Shown here: positions 13,246 through 25,842 of the stretch, one piece after another
Layout: each line of letters opens with the position of its first letter
Numbering within the stretch: the stretch's first letter is position 1
NCBI RefSeq assembly: GCF_009914755.1
Contig: NC_060933.1
Length of the DNA: 64,000 bases
Source: the human T2T-CHM13v2.0 reference genome, Homo sapiens
Strand: one strand, 5' to 3'
Notes under the pieces: generated by a model
Told to the model about the DNA's origin: nothing
What the model saw: the letters and a program-made list of their open reading frames with translations, nothing else
Databases searched by the model: none
Translations under genes and position numbers: made by a program

Positions 13246-15304
13246 TGGGGGGTGGGTGGAGGTGTCTGTGCATTACGCTTAGCTATTGCAAAGCCTAAAT
13301 GTGACATTGTACGGAAAAGTGGTGGGAAGGCCAACAAAAATATCATTTTGTTGTTGTTGTTGGTTGGTTGCACTTATATCACCTCAGTGTGTTAACCCTG
13401 GTTTTTTTTTTTTTTTTCCATGCTGATTAGAAAGAAGTTCTGATAATTAGTAATGTCAAGGAATGTCTAGCCTATGGGAAAGAAAATAACAAAAGGACTC
13501 TTAGGTACAAAATATTTTTGAATTATTATCTTAATGCTATGTGATAATAATTATTTTTAGGTAAACTGGCTGACCTCTTTTTGTAAAGTAAGACTTTTCA
13601 AACAATTATCATGGTGAGAATATTTCCTGTATCGTTAATGAAATAAAAATGGAAGCCAATATAATTTTATTCTGCCAAAAGTAGTAACAAGTAACAGTAT
13701 ATTTAAGTTTATATTGCTTTAAAGATACTCTTTATCCTAGCAGACCATATGAGCTATTTTAACCACCTTTAGTAAGTAATATGGTTTAAAAATTTAAAAG
13801 CTTATTGGGACTAATAAAAACATAAAGTGACAACCTTCAATCCATTCTATGTACCTGCAGTTCAGTCAGACTTATTTTTGGTTGTTGTATTTTTCATTAG
13901 ACACTTGATAAATTGTGTTTTATTATTTATATTCAACTCGCTTTAGAAAGAAATTTAAAGTCATTGATAGAAAAAGTATGTTCCTTTAAGAATACCTCAG
14001 TAAACAAAACAAACCTTAGAAAATGTCAATTAAAAGGAGATGAAGAGGAAAGTAAGAAATAAATACAGCAGGATACCTAAGTTCAAAGAAAATAATTGAC
14101 CTCTGCTTCCTTACAATCAAGGCAATAAAGAAAATAATGAGTTGTATATTACTCAATAAATAATCATCTTTTTTTTCTATACTTACATTTTCTTGCTCAA
14201 TATATATTTAAGTTGAATAACCACAAAGCTTATTCAACAAACTAGAATTTATTCTTAAATTGGGCAAGTATCCTAAAATGAGAATTGCTGATTTTACAAA
14301 ATTTATGGAAGTTGTGATATATTTAGTTTGGACAGTTTAGATATATGTTTTTAAGATATGCAAAATATAATTCCTTCAAAAAATGACAGCAAAGTTGACA
14401 AAAATGGCCTTTTTTGCATGTAAGATTACGTTGTTATTTATTTTCACTAAAATGAAAATCTAAGCAAGTGAGAAAGAAATGTCTGTTTGATTTGGATATA
14501 TCTATTTTCTTTGTTTTCAGTTGACAGGTAATTGTACATATCTATGGGGAACATGATATTTTGATAAATATATACAATGTGCAATGATCAAATCAGAGTA
14601 ATTAGCATATCAATTACCTCAAACATTTATCATTTCTTTGTGTTGAGGACATTCAAAATCCTCTTTTAGCTATTTGAAAATATATAAAAAAATTGGTAAT
14701 GATTGTCATCCTACAGTGCTATAGAACATTATAGTTTATTTATTCATTCTAGATGTAATTTTGTATTCTCTAAACAATCTCTCCCTATCTCCTTCCCACA
14801 CCACCTTTCCCAGCTTCTAGTCATTGTAATTCTACTCTCTACTTCTAGGAGCTCACTTTTTTTGCTGCACAGATAAGTGAGAACATGCAGTATTTATTTT
14901 TGTGCCTGACTTACTTCACTTAACATAATATTTTTCAGACTCATCTATATTGATGCTAGTGCAGGATTTCATTCTTTTGTATGACTAAATAGCATTCCAA
15001 GTATGTATACTACAATTTCCTCATTCATCCATCTGTTGATGGACACGTAGGTTGCTTCCATATCTTGTTTATTGTGAATAGTGCTGCAGTAAACATGGGG
15101 ATACAGATATCTTTTTGATATAATGATTTCCTTTTCACTGGAAAACTACCCAGTAGTAAGATTGCTGGGTCACATGATAGTTCTATTTGTATTTTTAAAA
15201 AGAACCTCAATACTATTTTCATAGTGGCTGTACTAATTTGCCTTCCCACTTACTGTGTATGAGTTATTTTTTCTCCACATTCTCATCAGCATTTGTTATT
15301 TTTT

Positions 15305-16562
15305 GAAATGTCTGCTGTTGGCTTGATAGAGTTGGCCTTGTAGGTGACCTGCTCCTTGTTTCTAGCTGCCTTTATCATTTTTCTTTCTTTCACATTGACA
15401 TTGAATCACTTGATAACTGTATGTCTTGGGGATGGTCATCTTGTATAATAATTCACAGGGGTTCTCTGAATTTCTTGAATTTGAATGTTGACCTCTCTAG
15501 TGAGGTTGGGGAATCTTTATGGATACTATCCTCAGTTATTTTTTCCACGTTGTTAGCTCTCTTTCACTCTCTTTCAGGGACACCATTGAATCATACATTT
15601 GGCCTCTTTACATAATCCTATATTTCTTAAAGGTTTTGTTCATTCTTTTTTATTCTTTGTTCTTTATGTCAGATTGAGTTGATTCAAAGAACTGGCCTTC
15701 GAGCATTGAGATTCATTTCTCAACTTGATTTCTTCTGTTTTTAATACTTCTGTTTGTGTTACAAATTTCTGTAGTGATCTTTTCAGCTGTCTCAGACAAG
15801 TTTATTTCTTTCTTAAAATTTCTATTTTGTGTGCAGCTCTTCTATCATTTTATTAAATTCCTTAGATTCATTGGAGTGGGTTTCAACTTTGTCCTGAATA
15901 TCAATGATGATCTCTATTGCTATCCAGTTTCTGAATTCTAAGTCTGTTGTTTCAGCCATTTCAGTCTAGTTAAGAACTATTGCTGGAGAGCTCGTGTGGT
16001 CATTTAGAGGTAAGGAGACACTGGTTGTTTTGAGTTGCCAGGGTTCCTGTGCTGCCTCTTTCTAATCTCTGTGGGATAATGTTGCTTTGAACTTTGAAGT
16101 TGGCTTGGTTTGGATGTTTTTTTTTTTTTAATTTTATTTTATATACCTGGATGCCTTTGAGGATTTGACTGTGGTATAAGTTGAGTTCAGATGAATGGTT
16201 TCATTCTGGATGATTTCTGGTGGCCATACCTGAGCTTAGCACTGCTGACTGCATACCCTAACCATAAGCGGCAGGTATCAGGGCATTGTATTATTCTCTG
16301 ACCCCTCAAGATTAAGCACCTGCTATGCTGGAGGGGCTGAGGGCTCACAGTCCACAGGCAACCAACACTCTTATGGGGGTTGCTAACAAAAGCACTTGAG
16401 TGGGGTGGTGGAAGTGGGGCCAGCATGCACATGTACTCTAGCGTGGGAGAGGATTCATGTCTGGATGCGCATGTGTGGTGATGGAGCATCATCATCCATG
16501 CACACTAGTAGCAACAATGCAACAGTTTCCACACACGTGCATATGCTCATGTGGTAGTGGCA
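15305..16562 (-). mobile_element. 3'-truncated L1 5' fragment (5'UTR remnant plus ORF1 start; L1PB/L1M-type) nested in L1MA
   Basis: Antisense ORF1 phrases (tctgctgttggcttgat, ctttcagggacacca, ttttcagctgt). Host reads catttgttattttt / tttttgtcttttcgataatag across it. Confidence 0.7.
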
Positions 16563-17551
16563 TGTTTTTTGTCTTTTCGATAATAGCTATTCTCACTATG
16601 TTGATGTGGTATCTCATCATTATTTTAATTTACATTTATTTAATGATTCGTGATGTTGACCATTTCTTCATATACTTGGTGACCATCTTATGTCTTCTTT
16701 TGAGAAATATCTATTCAGATTATTAGCCCATTTGTTAATCAGATTTTTAGATTTTTTTTGCTGTTGTTTGGCTTCCTAGTGTATTCTCAGTATTAATTCC
16801 TTGTTCTATAAATGGTCTGCAAATATTTTCTCCCATTTTGCAGGTCATCTCTTCACTCTGCTGATTATTTCTTTTGAGGTGAAGAAACTTTTTAGCTTGA
16901 TGCAATCCTGTTGGTCTGTTTTTGCTTTTGTTGCCTGTGTTTTTAGTCTTATTCATATTTTTCTTTGCCCAGACCAATGTCTTGAAGCATTTCCCTTATG
17001 TTTTCTTTAAGTAGTTTCATGAATCTTATATTTATGAAATATTAATCTTATATTTAAATGTTTTTAGTTTGGGTTTTATTTTTGCATATGGTGAAAGGTA
17101 GGGGTTTAGTTTCATTCTTCTGCATACAGATATTTAGTTTTCCCAGCACCAATGATTTATACAACTGTCCTTTCCCCGATGTAGGTTATTGGTGCCTTTG
17201 TCAAAAATCAGTTGTCTGTGAATACATAGATTTATTTCTGTGTATTCTTTATTTCTCTCTAACTTGTTCCATTGGTCTACATAAATTTTTATGCCAGTAC
17301 CATGGGTGTTTTGATTACTATGGCTTTGCAGTATATTTTCAAGTCATGTTGTATGATGCCTTGAGCACACTTTGTTTCTTTTGCTCAGTATTGTTTTTGC
17401 TATTCAGGGCTTTTTGTGGCTTCATACAAGTTTCAAGATTGTTTTCTCTCTTTCCGTAAATAATGCCATTCATATCTTGATAGGTATTGCATGAAATCTG
17501 TAGATTTCTTTGGGTCGTATGGTCATGTTTTCAATATTAATTTTTCCAATC

Positions 17552-17935
17552 TGATATGGTTTGGCTCTGTGTCCCCAGACAAATCTTATCTCGAATTGTA
17601 ATCCCTACATGTCAGGGGAGGGACAAGGTGGGAGGTGATTGGATCATGGGGGCAGGTTTTATGTGCTGTTCTCATGATAGTGAGTTAGTTCTCAAGAGAG
17701 CCGATGGTTTTAAAGTGTGGCACTTCCTCTTTCTCACACACATTCCCTCCTGCCACCTTGTGAAAAAGGTGCCTATTTTCCCTTTTGCTTCTGCCATGAT
17801 TGTAAGTTTCCTGAGGCTTCCTAGCTATGCTTCCTGTTAAGCCTGCAGAATTGTGAATTAATTAACCTGCTTTCCTTTATAATTACCCAGTCTTAGGTGG
17901 TATTCTTTATAGTGGTGTGAGAATGGACTAATACA
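17552..17935 (+). mobile_element. THE1D-like solo LTR (ERVL-MaLR)
   Basis: tgatatggtttggctctgtgtcccc...aattacccagtcttagg...ggactaataca. Perfect 5-bp TSD caatc. Confidence 0.92.
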
Positions 17936-18902
17936 CAATCCATGAACATGGATGTCTTCCCGTTTTTAAGAAAAGAAAAGGAGAGAAGACCCAAATTTAC
18001 AAAAACAGAAATAATAAAGGAGACATTACAACTGATACTACAGAAATACAAAGTATCATTAGAGGCTATTTTGGTCAAGTATCTGCCAACAAATTAGAAA
18101 ACTTAGAGGAAATGAATAAATTCCTCAACCCATATAACCTACCAAGATCGAATCAAGAAGAAACAGAAAAGCTGAACAGAATAATCAGAAGCAATGAGAT
18201 TGAATTAGTAGTATAAAATCTCCCAAGAAGAAAAGCCTTACACAGGATCACATCAAAGCTCTATTTCACAACCTTTTAAAGGAGAACTAACACATATTCT
18301 TCTCAAACTATTCAAAAAAATTGAAAAGGTAGTAATTTATACAAACCAATTCTATATTATATTCAATTCGCTTTAGAAAGAAGCCAACATCACCCTGATA
18401 CTGAAATCAGACAAAGACCCACAAAAAAAGAAAACTGTAGGTCATTAGCTCTGACGCAGTTTTGCATAGCTGTATAAATCCTTAACAAAATACTAGCAAA
18501 CAAAATCCAACAGCACATCAAAAAGATTGTATACCATGATCAAGTGAGATTTATCCTAGGAATAGGAAGGCAAGAATATTTCAACATACACACATCAATA
18601 AATGTGACAAATCACATTAACAGAATGAGAAACAAAAGCCTTGTAATCATCTCAGTAAACGCAGAAAAAAAACATTTGACAAAATTCAGCATGCCTTCAT
18701 GATGAAAACTGAACAAATCAGATCTAGAAAGAATGTTCCTCAACACAGCAAGGGCCATATGTGATAAACCCACAGCTACCATCATATTGAATGAGAAAAC
18801 ATTGAAAGCTTTTCCTCTAAGGACTAGAACAAGGGAAAGATGCTCACTTTTACTATGGTTATTCAATATAGTAGTGGAAGTTCTAGCCAGAGAAATTAAG
18901 GG

Positions 18903-19020
18903 AAGAGAGAGAGAGAAAGGGAGGGAGGGAGGGAGGAAGGAAGGAATGGAGGGGAGAGAGAAAGAAAGAAAAAGAAGAAAGAAAGAAAAAGAAAGAAAGG
19001 AAGAAAGAAAGAAAGATAGA
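18903..19020 (+). repeat. Polypurine compound microsatellite (GA/GGGA/GGAA/GAAA)
   Basis: Read directly. It expands the A-rich caagagaaagaa site of L1 ORF2. Confidence 0.9.
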
Positions 19021-19609
19021 TGGATAGTGAATCAGAATTGGAAAGGAGGAAGTCAAATTGTCCCTGTTTGCAGACAACACAATCTTATCTATTGAAAAAC
19101 CTAAAGACTATACCAAAAAACTATTAGAAGTGATAAAATAGTTTGGTAAAGATGAAAGATAAAAAATCAACATCCAAAAACCAGTAGCACTTCTGTACAC
19201 CAATAACAAATTAGCTCTAAATTTAAGAAAGCAATTCCATTGACAATAGCTGCAAAAAATAATAAAGGACCTAGGAATAAATTTAAGCAAGGAGGTAAAA
19301 ACTCTTGACAATGAAAGCTACAAAACATTGATGAAAGAAATAGAAAAACATTTTTGAAGAAGCAGACAGTTAGCAGACATAATGCTTTTTTCTGCAATTT
19401 CAATTGAAGTCAACTGAGTGGTAATACAGTGCCAAATAAATTTAGCCCAAATCCACAGAGAATGTGCAATTAAGAGGCTTCTTCTACACTGAACTGGTTA
19501 GTCTTTTTTGGATTACATTGACAGGAAGTTGAACAAAATTGAAAGCTTTGATAGATAAATTACCAGGAAGAGAATGGGAGTGAAAACCAACTCAAGAAAA
19601 TTCCTCTCT

Positions 19610-20180
19610 TTGTTTCATATTCCATTTTCAATCCGTTTGAAAAAACAGTTGGCTTTACCTTCAAAACACAGGCAGAATCTAATTAGTTCCTACCTGCTCC
19701 AATGTTGCCATCCTGTCTCAAGCTACTATCATTCCTTCTCTGAATTTTTGTAATAGCCTCCTGATTGGCCTCTCTACTTTCACTTTTGTCCCCGTAAAGA
19801 TTATTCTTAATGCAACAGCCAGAGAAATTTAAAAAAAAAAATCTAACTAGATAGTGTCATCCTCTGCATAACAACTTCAATAGCTATATGTCTTACTTCT
19901 AGTAAGAGACCAAAGTTTTAAAATGCATAGAGGTGATTTGTGGCCTCTCTTACTTTAACTCCTAGTACGCTAGACCTTTCTCACTGTGCTTCAGGCACAT
20001 TGGCCTCATTGCCAACCATACACTTTCCCTAGGGCCTTTGCCTGGCTGTTGCCTCTGTAGTGTAGCTAACTTCCTTTCCCTTTTAAAGGCTTTTTCAAAT
20101 CTCACCTTCCCAGTGGGGCCTGCTCTTAAAAAGCTGTCTAAAATTGCAACCTTACTTTTTCCTCCTTGTTAACTCCTAAT
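19610..20180 (+). mobile_element. L2a fragment
   Basis: ttaccttcaaaa, aatagcctcctgattggcctc, acagccagag, agggcctttgcctggctgtt. Confidence 0.7.
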
Positions 20181-20194
20181 CTTCCTACTCCTTC

Positions 20195-22285
20195 TCTCTC
20201 TAACAGCTATACTAAAGTATAATTGACAAAATAGTCATGTTCATTTAACATGTACAATTTGATAAGTTTTGACAAATTAATACTACTAGAAAAGTATCAT
20301 AACTATCAGGAAAATGTACATATCATCGTACCAAAAGTTTCCCTTTACCCCCTTATAATCTTCACTTCTGCTGCATCCTGCCATTTAAACCCACCCACAG
20401 GAAACCACTGATGTTACTGTCTATTGCTATAAGTTCTTTTTAATTTCCTAGAATTTTAAATGAAAGGAATCATATTGTATAATTTTTTTTGGCGGGAGGT
20501 CTGCCTTCTTTTTGTCTGGCTTCTTTCACTCAGTTTAACTGTTCTGAAATTCATCATACTGGCCTATATTAACAGTTCATTTTTAATATTTACTGATGAG
20601 TTGTATTCCATTGAATGGGTAGATCACCATTGTTACATTTACTTACATTTTGACAAAAACTAAAATTGTTTACAGTTTGGGACTATTACAAATAGAGCTG
20701 CTTTGTATATTTGTGTGCTTTAATGAACGTACACTTTTATTTCTCTTGGGAAAATACTTAGAAGTGGAGTGGTGGGAGAATAAGGTAGATCTATGTTTAA
20801 CTTCTTAGGAAACTCCCCGACAGTCTTTCAAAAACAATTGTACCATTTTTTATTCCAACTAGAAGCATATGCCAGTGTGAGTTTCTCCACACCCTCAAAA
20901 ACATTTTCGCCATGGCCAATCATTTTAATTTTAGCATCTTCAAATATGCTTATTTGCTTGCTGTCTTTGTATTTCCTTTGGTGAAGTGTCTGCCTAAATA
21001 TATTGCCATTTTTTTTAACTGTGTGATTCGTTTTCTATTATTTGAGTTTTGAGAGTTCTTTATATGTTGTATATACAAGTACCTTATCAAGTACATGATT
21101 TCCAAATATATTTTTCCAGTCTATGGTTTGTCTTTTTATTCCTTTAACTCTGTCTTTCAAACAGAAGTTTCCATTTTGATGAACTCCAACTTATTATTTC
21201 TTTTCTTTTAATGAACTGAATATTTCTTGTCATATCTAAGAAAATCTTTGCTTTAACCAAGACACAGATTAACTCATTTATTTTCTTCTAGAGGTTTTAT
21301 ACATTTTATATTTAAGTTCATAATCCATTTTGAGTTAATTTTTATATTTGATGTAAGGTGTAGTTTGAAGTTCTTTTTGTTTATTTAATTTTAGATATGA
21401 ATATTGAATTGTTTCAGCATAATTTATTGAAAGAAAAATCTGTACTTCTCCACTCAGTTGCCCTTGTGTCTGTGTTAAATAAAAGCTGTGTATGTGTAAG
21501 TACATTTCTGGACTTTATTCAGTTTGACCCATTTTTTATCTTGATAATACTACTACATTATTTTGATTGCTGTTGATTTATAGTAAGATCTAGAATCAGC
21601 CAGTGTCATGCTTCTTTATTTCTACCATTTCTGTGTTTTTTTCATTGTTCTATTTCTTTGCATTTCCATGTGAATTTTAGAATCAGCTTTTGAGTTTCCC
21701 CAAAATAACTGGCTGAATTTTGATTGGAATTGTACTAACTTTATAAATGCAATTTTTAGAGACTTGACATCTTAACAATATTGAGTCTTCTGAGCCATGA
21801 AAAAAATTATCTATTTTTTGGGTATCTTTTAATTTTTCTCAGCAATGTTTCATAGTTTTTAATGTACAGTAGTTTTACATATTTGTCATATTTAACCCCA
21901 AGTATTTCATATTTTTACACTATTTAGAGTATTTACTCTTGATTAATTTCAATGTATGACCGTTTGTTCCGAGTATATAGAGATGTAATTGATTTTAGTA
22001 TATTGATTTTGTATCTTGCAACCTTGCTAAACTCAACAGCTTTGCTGATGATTCCATCAGAGCTCCATGAAGATGATTATGTCATCTGCCTTTTAAGCCA
22101 GTATTCTTCCTTTCCAATATGGCTGCTTTTAGTTTCATTTCCTTGTCTTTCTGTAATGGCTAGAAGCTGCTATGAAACATAGAAAATCAGTTTTCAGGGT
22201 GGACCTTCATATATTTTCCCTGAACTGAGAGGAAAAAAAATCAATCTTTTAGGTTTAGTATGATGTTGGCTATAGGTTTTTCTAA
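20195..22285 (-). mobile_element. L1MC/L1MD-type 3' portion
   Basis: aagtataattgac...tgtacaatttgataagttttgac 3' end, followed by antisense ORF2 phrases (gacatcttaacaatattgagtcttc). Confidence 0.8.
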
Positions 22286-22507
22286 AATTGTGTGGACTCC
22301 TGTACTTAAATTTTAGTAATCTTTTCTTCTGTATTTCTCACTACTTGTTTCTCAGCAGCCACTACTCTTCATGTTCTCAATGCCAGCGGCCCTTTTCCCT
22401 AGCCTCCCAATTTTCTACTGCTAATGTACTATGAGTTAAGAACTAGCAGCTACAAGACATGTACCATGTGCTAAGCATTGTGCTGGATGATTTTAAATCT
22501 CATTTAG

Positions 22508-22668
22508 TGAGAAAGGCTCACAGGGATGACATGACAAATGCAATGTTCCATGTTGCATGTTGTACATGTTGTGTACCTCTGTTGGATTGTGTTTTCATCA
22601 TTTTGCAACTGAGAAAGGCTCATGGGGGTGACATGGCAAATGCAGAGTTCCTTGTTGCATGTCGTACA
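22508..22668. repeat. Two ~59-bp direct repeats (period 102 bp) inside a MIR relic
   Basis: tgagaaaggctca..g.tgacatg.caaatgca..gttcc.tgttgcatgt.gtaca at 22508-22566 and 22610-22668. Confidence 0.85.
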
Positions 22669-23815
22669 GATATTATTCAGCGTATATTAACAATGTTGAG
22701 AATATACAGTGCAAGATATATGGCATATACTAGATTTCCTTTCTCGAGACATTCACAAACTAATACATGAATCTGAAGACTTTGCTCTTTCCACTATGCC
22801 TCATTGCCTCCAAGGTTTGTTAGGAAAACTAGCTCACCATACTTATTAGAATGATGTGAAATGATGCCATCAAATAAGTGCTGAGTGAGGGCTTGAGTAT
22901 TGCTCCATTGAGAAAGATATATAAATTTTAGTACTTGGTTTTTTTTTTTTTTTTAACCAGCTTCACCGCTTTGTTATTTCCTTACTTTTATCCTAGTTCT
23001 CATTTACATTTCAAATGAGAAAATATATCTGATCCCAATTTTGGAATAAGTAGGTTGTTGCTGTGCTTGCTTTTTCATTCTGTTTCCAAAAGAATTATTT
23101 ATAGAATTATAATAGAAGAAGAAGAAATACATCCTTAGGGCAAATATTATCAAGAGGGTGGGGATGACTCACTTAGCCTTGACACAGCTAGATTATTCTC
23201 TATGCTTATCTCTCATTTTCATAGTGTTATTGTTGTTCTTACAATTTTAGAAATAGACTAAAACTGCAGCCGTCTAGCAATTTCTATCAACTACATCTAG
23301 AAGCTGAACTCTTTTTTCTCTCCTCTCTATAAATTCTTTGCAGTTTGTTTTTTGTCATTTGAGTAGCTGGATGATGGAATGAGTTTTATGTTTAAATGAA
23401 ATTATAAGGTCTTGGAGGAAGTGGTTGTGTTTTTTAACTATGGTTTAATTTAAGATCCTGCAGCTGCTGCTCAGCAAATAAGATATGTGTGTGTTCTAAT
23501 AATCAACCAATATAATGTTCTGCTGTTAGGGTGATGCCAAGTTGATTATGAATATTTGCATAGCAAATTCTAACCACTATTTAAATTATATGCTTTTTCT
23601 GCAGAAGCTACTGCAAAGGTCTCTTGGACTGCAAGTTTTCCATTATTCTGTCTGTCCAACTCTGCTCTTTCTCCTGGTTCCTCGCTCTTGGACATGAAGT
23701 CATAATTCACTTAACAACCAGAGCTAAAATTTATCCAAGATTCTTGACTCTTTCTTACCTTTGCTTCCATATTAATTGGTCTCAAATCATTAGAAGTATT
23801 TTTGAACTATTATTT

Positions 23816-25842
23816 TATTTTATATTTCTTGTAAAACACCTCAAATTTTATGGATGGTGTAAAACTAGTTAATAAGTGACATATCAGGACAGAAAAACAT
23901 ATAGCTTGTAGCTCATCCTTTAAAATCAGAATGGCCAAGTGAAAGTCAGTACAGATTCTCATTTTTACTTAAAAAATTCAAAGGTACACATTGGGAATTG
24001 AACTACTATGTTTTTTTTTCTTCTTTCTCGAGATGTGACATACACGTTTCCTGGTAAGTAATACTCTACCAGACATTGCGCTAAACCAAAGCAGACAGAG
24101 AACTAGTAAAGCTGTTTACTACATCTTACCCAGGCTGAGCTAAATCAGCAGAATATCATCTCAGTAAAAGAGATTTTGACAGGAAGAAGAAATTGCAGAG
24201 TCACTGTCTACGACATAGAACCTAACTGGTTTATACAGAAAGAATTTTCAGCAAGTATGCACAAACACATTTAACATGCTGTAAGAACAGCATACCTTTT
24301 AGTATATTTCTAGCACAAAACATACATTCACTGGTATCCAGTAAAATAGAAATGAATGCCAACATAAGAAATATTTTTGACTTCATAGCACTAAGAACTA
24401 AAAAATCACACAGCATATAATACTTTCATCTCCATGTGGGTAATCATGGAAGTTCCAACATCATATCCTCTAGGTTAGCCTGAGTATTCATTTATAAGAA
24501 TATTTTTTTCAAAAAGAATGTTTGAAAGAGACTTCTAGGTACAGTGGGGCTCATCAGGACTAGCAGAAGACAGTGACACAAGGACTGCAAATGGAGTTGA
24601 TTTTCACATGTGGCTTTAAGGTAAAGTATATCTGTTTACATTGATTTTTACAGCCAAGATAAGCTGTGATCATAGGAGATTAGAAATCTCAAGACAGACA
24701 GCCGGCTTGAGTAACACCCTAAATAAATATCAAAAACCCTATTGAGGCTTAAGGACAGGAACTCTGATTCGTATTAAAAAGAGTTGTGGGTATACAAAAA
24801 TATTTATGCAAAGCTTGCTGAAATAAAGAGGATTTGTGATGGTGGGTTATTCCACACTGTTGACATACCAACATGTATGCTGGGGGAAGAGATCCTTTAG
24901 GTGGAATCTTTGATGTGGGCTTGCTCCAGAAAAGTCTGACTCAGAAGCACATGAGAGAAGTATTTACTTGGGGAGGGGATGTATACTAGGGTTACTAAGC
25001 ACCAAGGTTAATGAATACTTGAAGGTGTTTCAAGAGAAATGGGTCCGGGAGGATTAAGTCATACTGGTTTTGACCCATCAATACTTAACATGAACAAACT
25101 ACTGCAGAGCAGAGTCAGTCTTTTCAAGATGTATTCTGTCATCACTAGCTGAGACTATTGTCCTACGGGTCAGTGACATCCAGAATGATCCTATTCATTG
25201 GTTGGAGGTAGGACCTAATGCTGTAGATTGTTCTAGAAAGCTGGCCTTGAGGATAATTTGCACAAGTCACCACTAAACCGTCATGTAAGTCTTGTCTCCA
25301 GCCTTCTTTTGCTGTCCTGTATTCTAAAAACATTTTTTCAAAAGCTAGAAAAATCTGTAAATGGGAGTAGCATGTTGAATATGTCACCAGCCACTTCATC
25401 TTTACCTTGCTGTAACGTTGTTGTAAAAGCTGCCATGTTGAATCCAGGAATCTGCTCCAGAAGCTGTCTTTCAATATACTTTTCCACCAAATAAATATAT
25501 TCACTAAATCAGGCACACAGTTGAGTTTATTCTCTTCCCGGTCTTAAAACTCCTGGTAGTACTTGTCCATGAAATTTCTCTATAATAACTGGAACTCATC
25601 ATCCACGATAATGTCCTCTGAATACCCAACCACACAGCACCAAGTTCTGCATCAGAGTCAGAGGAGAAGGAATGTATGAAGCTCTCTTCTTCTAAGGCAT
25701 TAATTGTGACCATCGCCCCTACACCCATGCAAGCAGACTAGTGGCCTAACGTGCATGGAGGCACGTTGGTCAGCCGGGGAGGAGGCCTCACCAACCAGAC
25801 CTCCACTCTGCTGCAGCAGGCCCAGACATTTGTTATGGACTC
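23816..25842 (-). pseudogene. ARL2BP: Full-length processed pseudogene of ARL2BP (BART); CDS-equivalent 25704-25215
   Basis: Minus-strand frames give INALEEESFIHSFSSDSDAELGAV / EDIIVDDEFQLL*RNFMDKYYQEF*DREENKL / LVEKYIERQLLEQIPGFNMAAFTTTLQQGKDEVAGDIFNMLL / FLAFEKMFLEYRTAKEG..GLVVT / NNLQH*. Intronless. ATG changed to ATT, two in-frame stops, several frameshifts. About 1.4 kb of 3'UTR, a decayed A-tail at ~23816-23830, and TSD tgaactatt(a/t)ttt at 23803-23815 and 25843-25855. Confidence 0.95.

Larger units (their letters stand above)
14505..19350 (-). mobile_element. L1MA-type element with 5' inversion (minus 14505-17965; inverted plus-strand ORF2 17968-19350), interrupted by an L1 5' fragment, a THE1 LTR and a purine microsatellite
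   Basis: L1MA 3'UTR in antisense at 14520-14900. Plus-strand ORF2 peptide (DKPTATIILNEKTLKAFPLRTRT) ends at ttgatgaaagaaatag, adjacent in L1 coordinates to the start of the minus segment. Confidence 0.85.

Noticed and set aside
13125-13395. THTH/CVCV-repeat ORFs on both strands
   Set aside because: Translation of the TG/TCTG microsatellite.
14505-14533. ttttcag|TTGACAG|gtaatt microexon-like motif, and other tttag|gt motifs (13560, 46867, 49921)
   Set aside because: The first is the decayed poly-T tail of an L1MA; the others have short pyrimidine tracts and are expected by chance.
22508-22668. Repeat-spacer-repeat pattern as a CRISPR-like array
   Set aside because: Only two diverged copies, eukaryotic context, no cas genes.
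25163-25516. 117-aa ORF as a functional ARL2BP paralogue
   Set aside because: Mostly out of the parental frame; start lost and stops present in the true frame.
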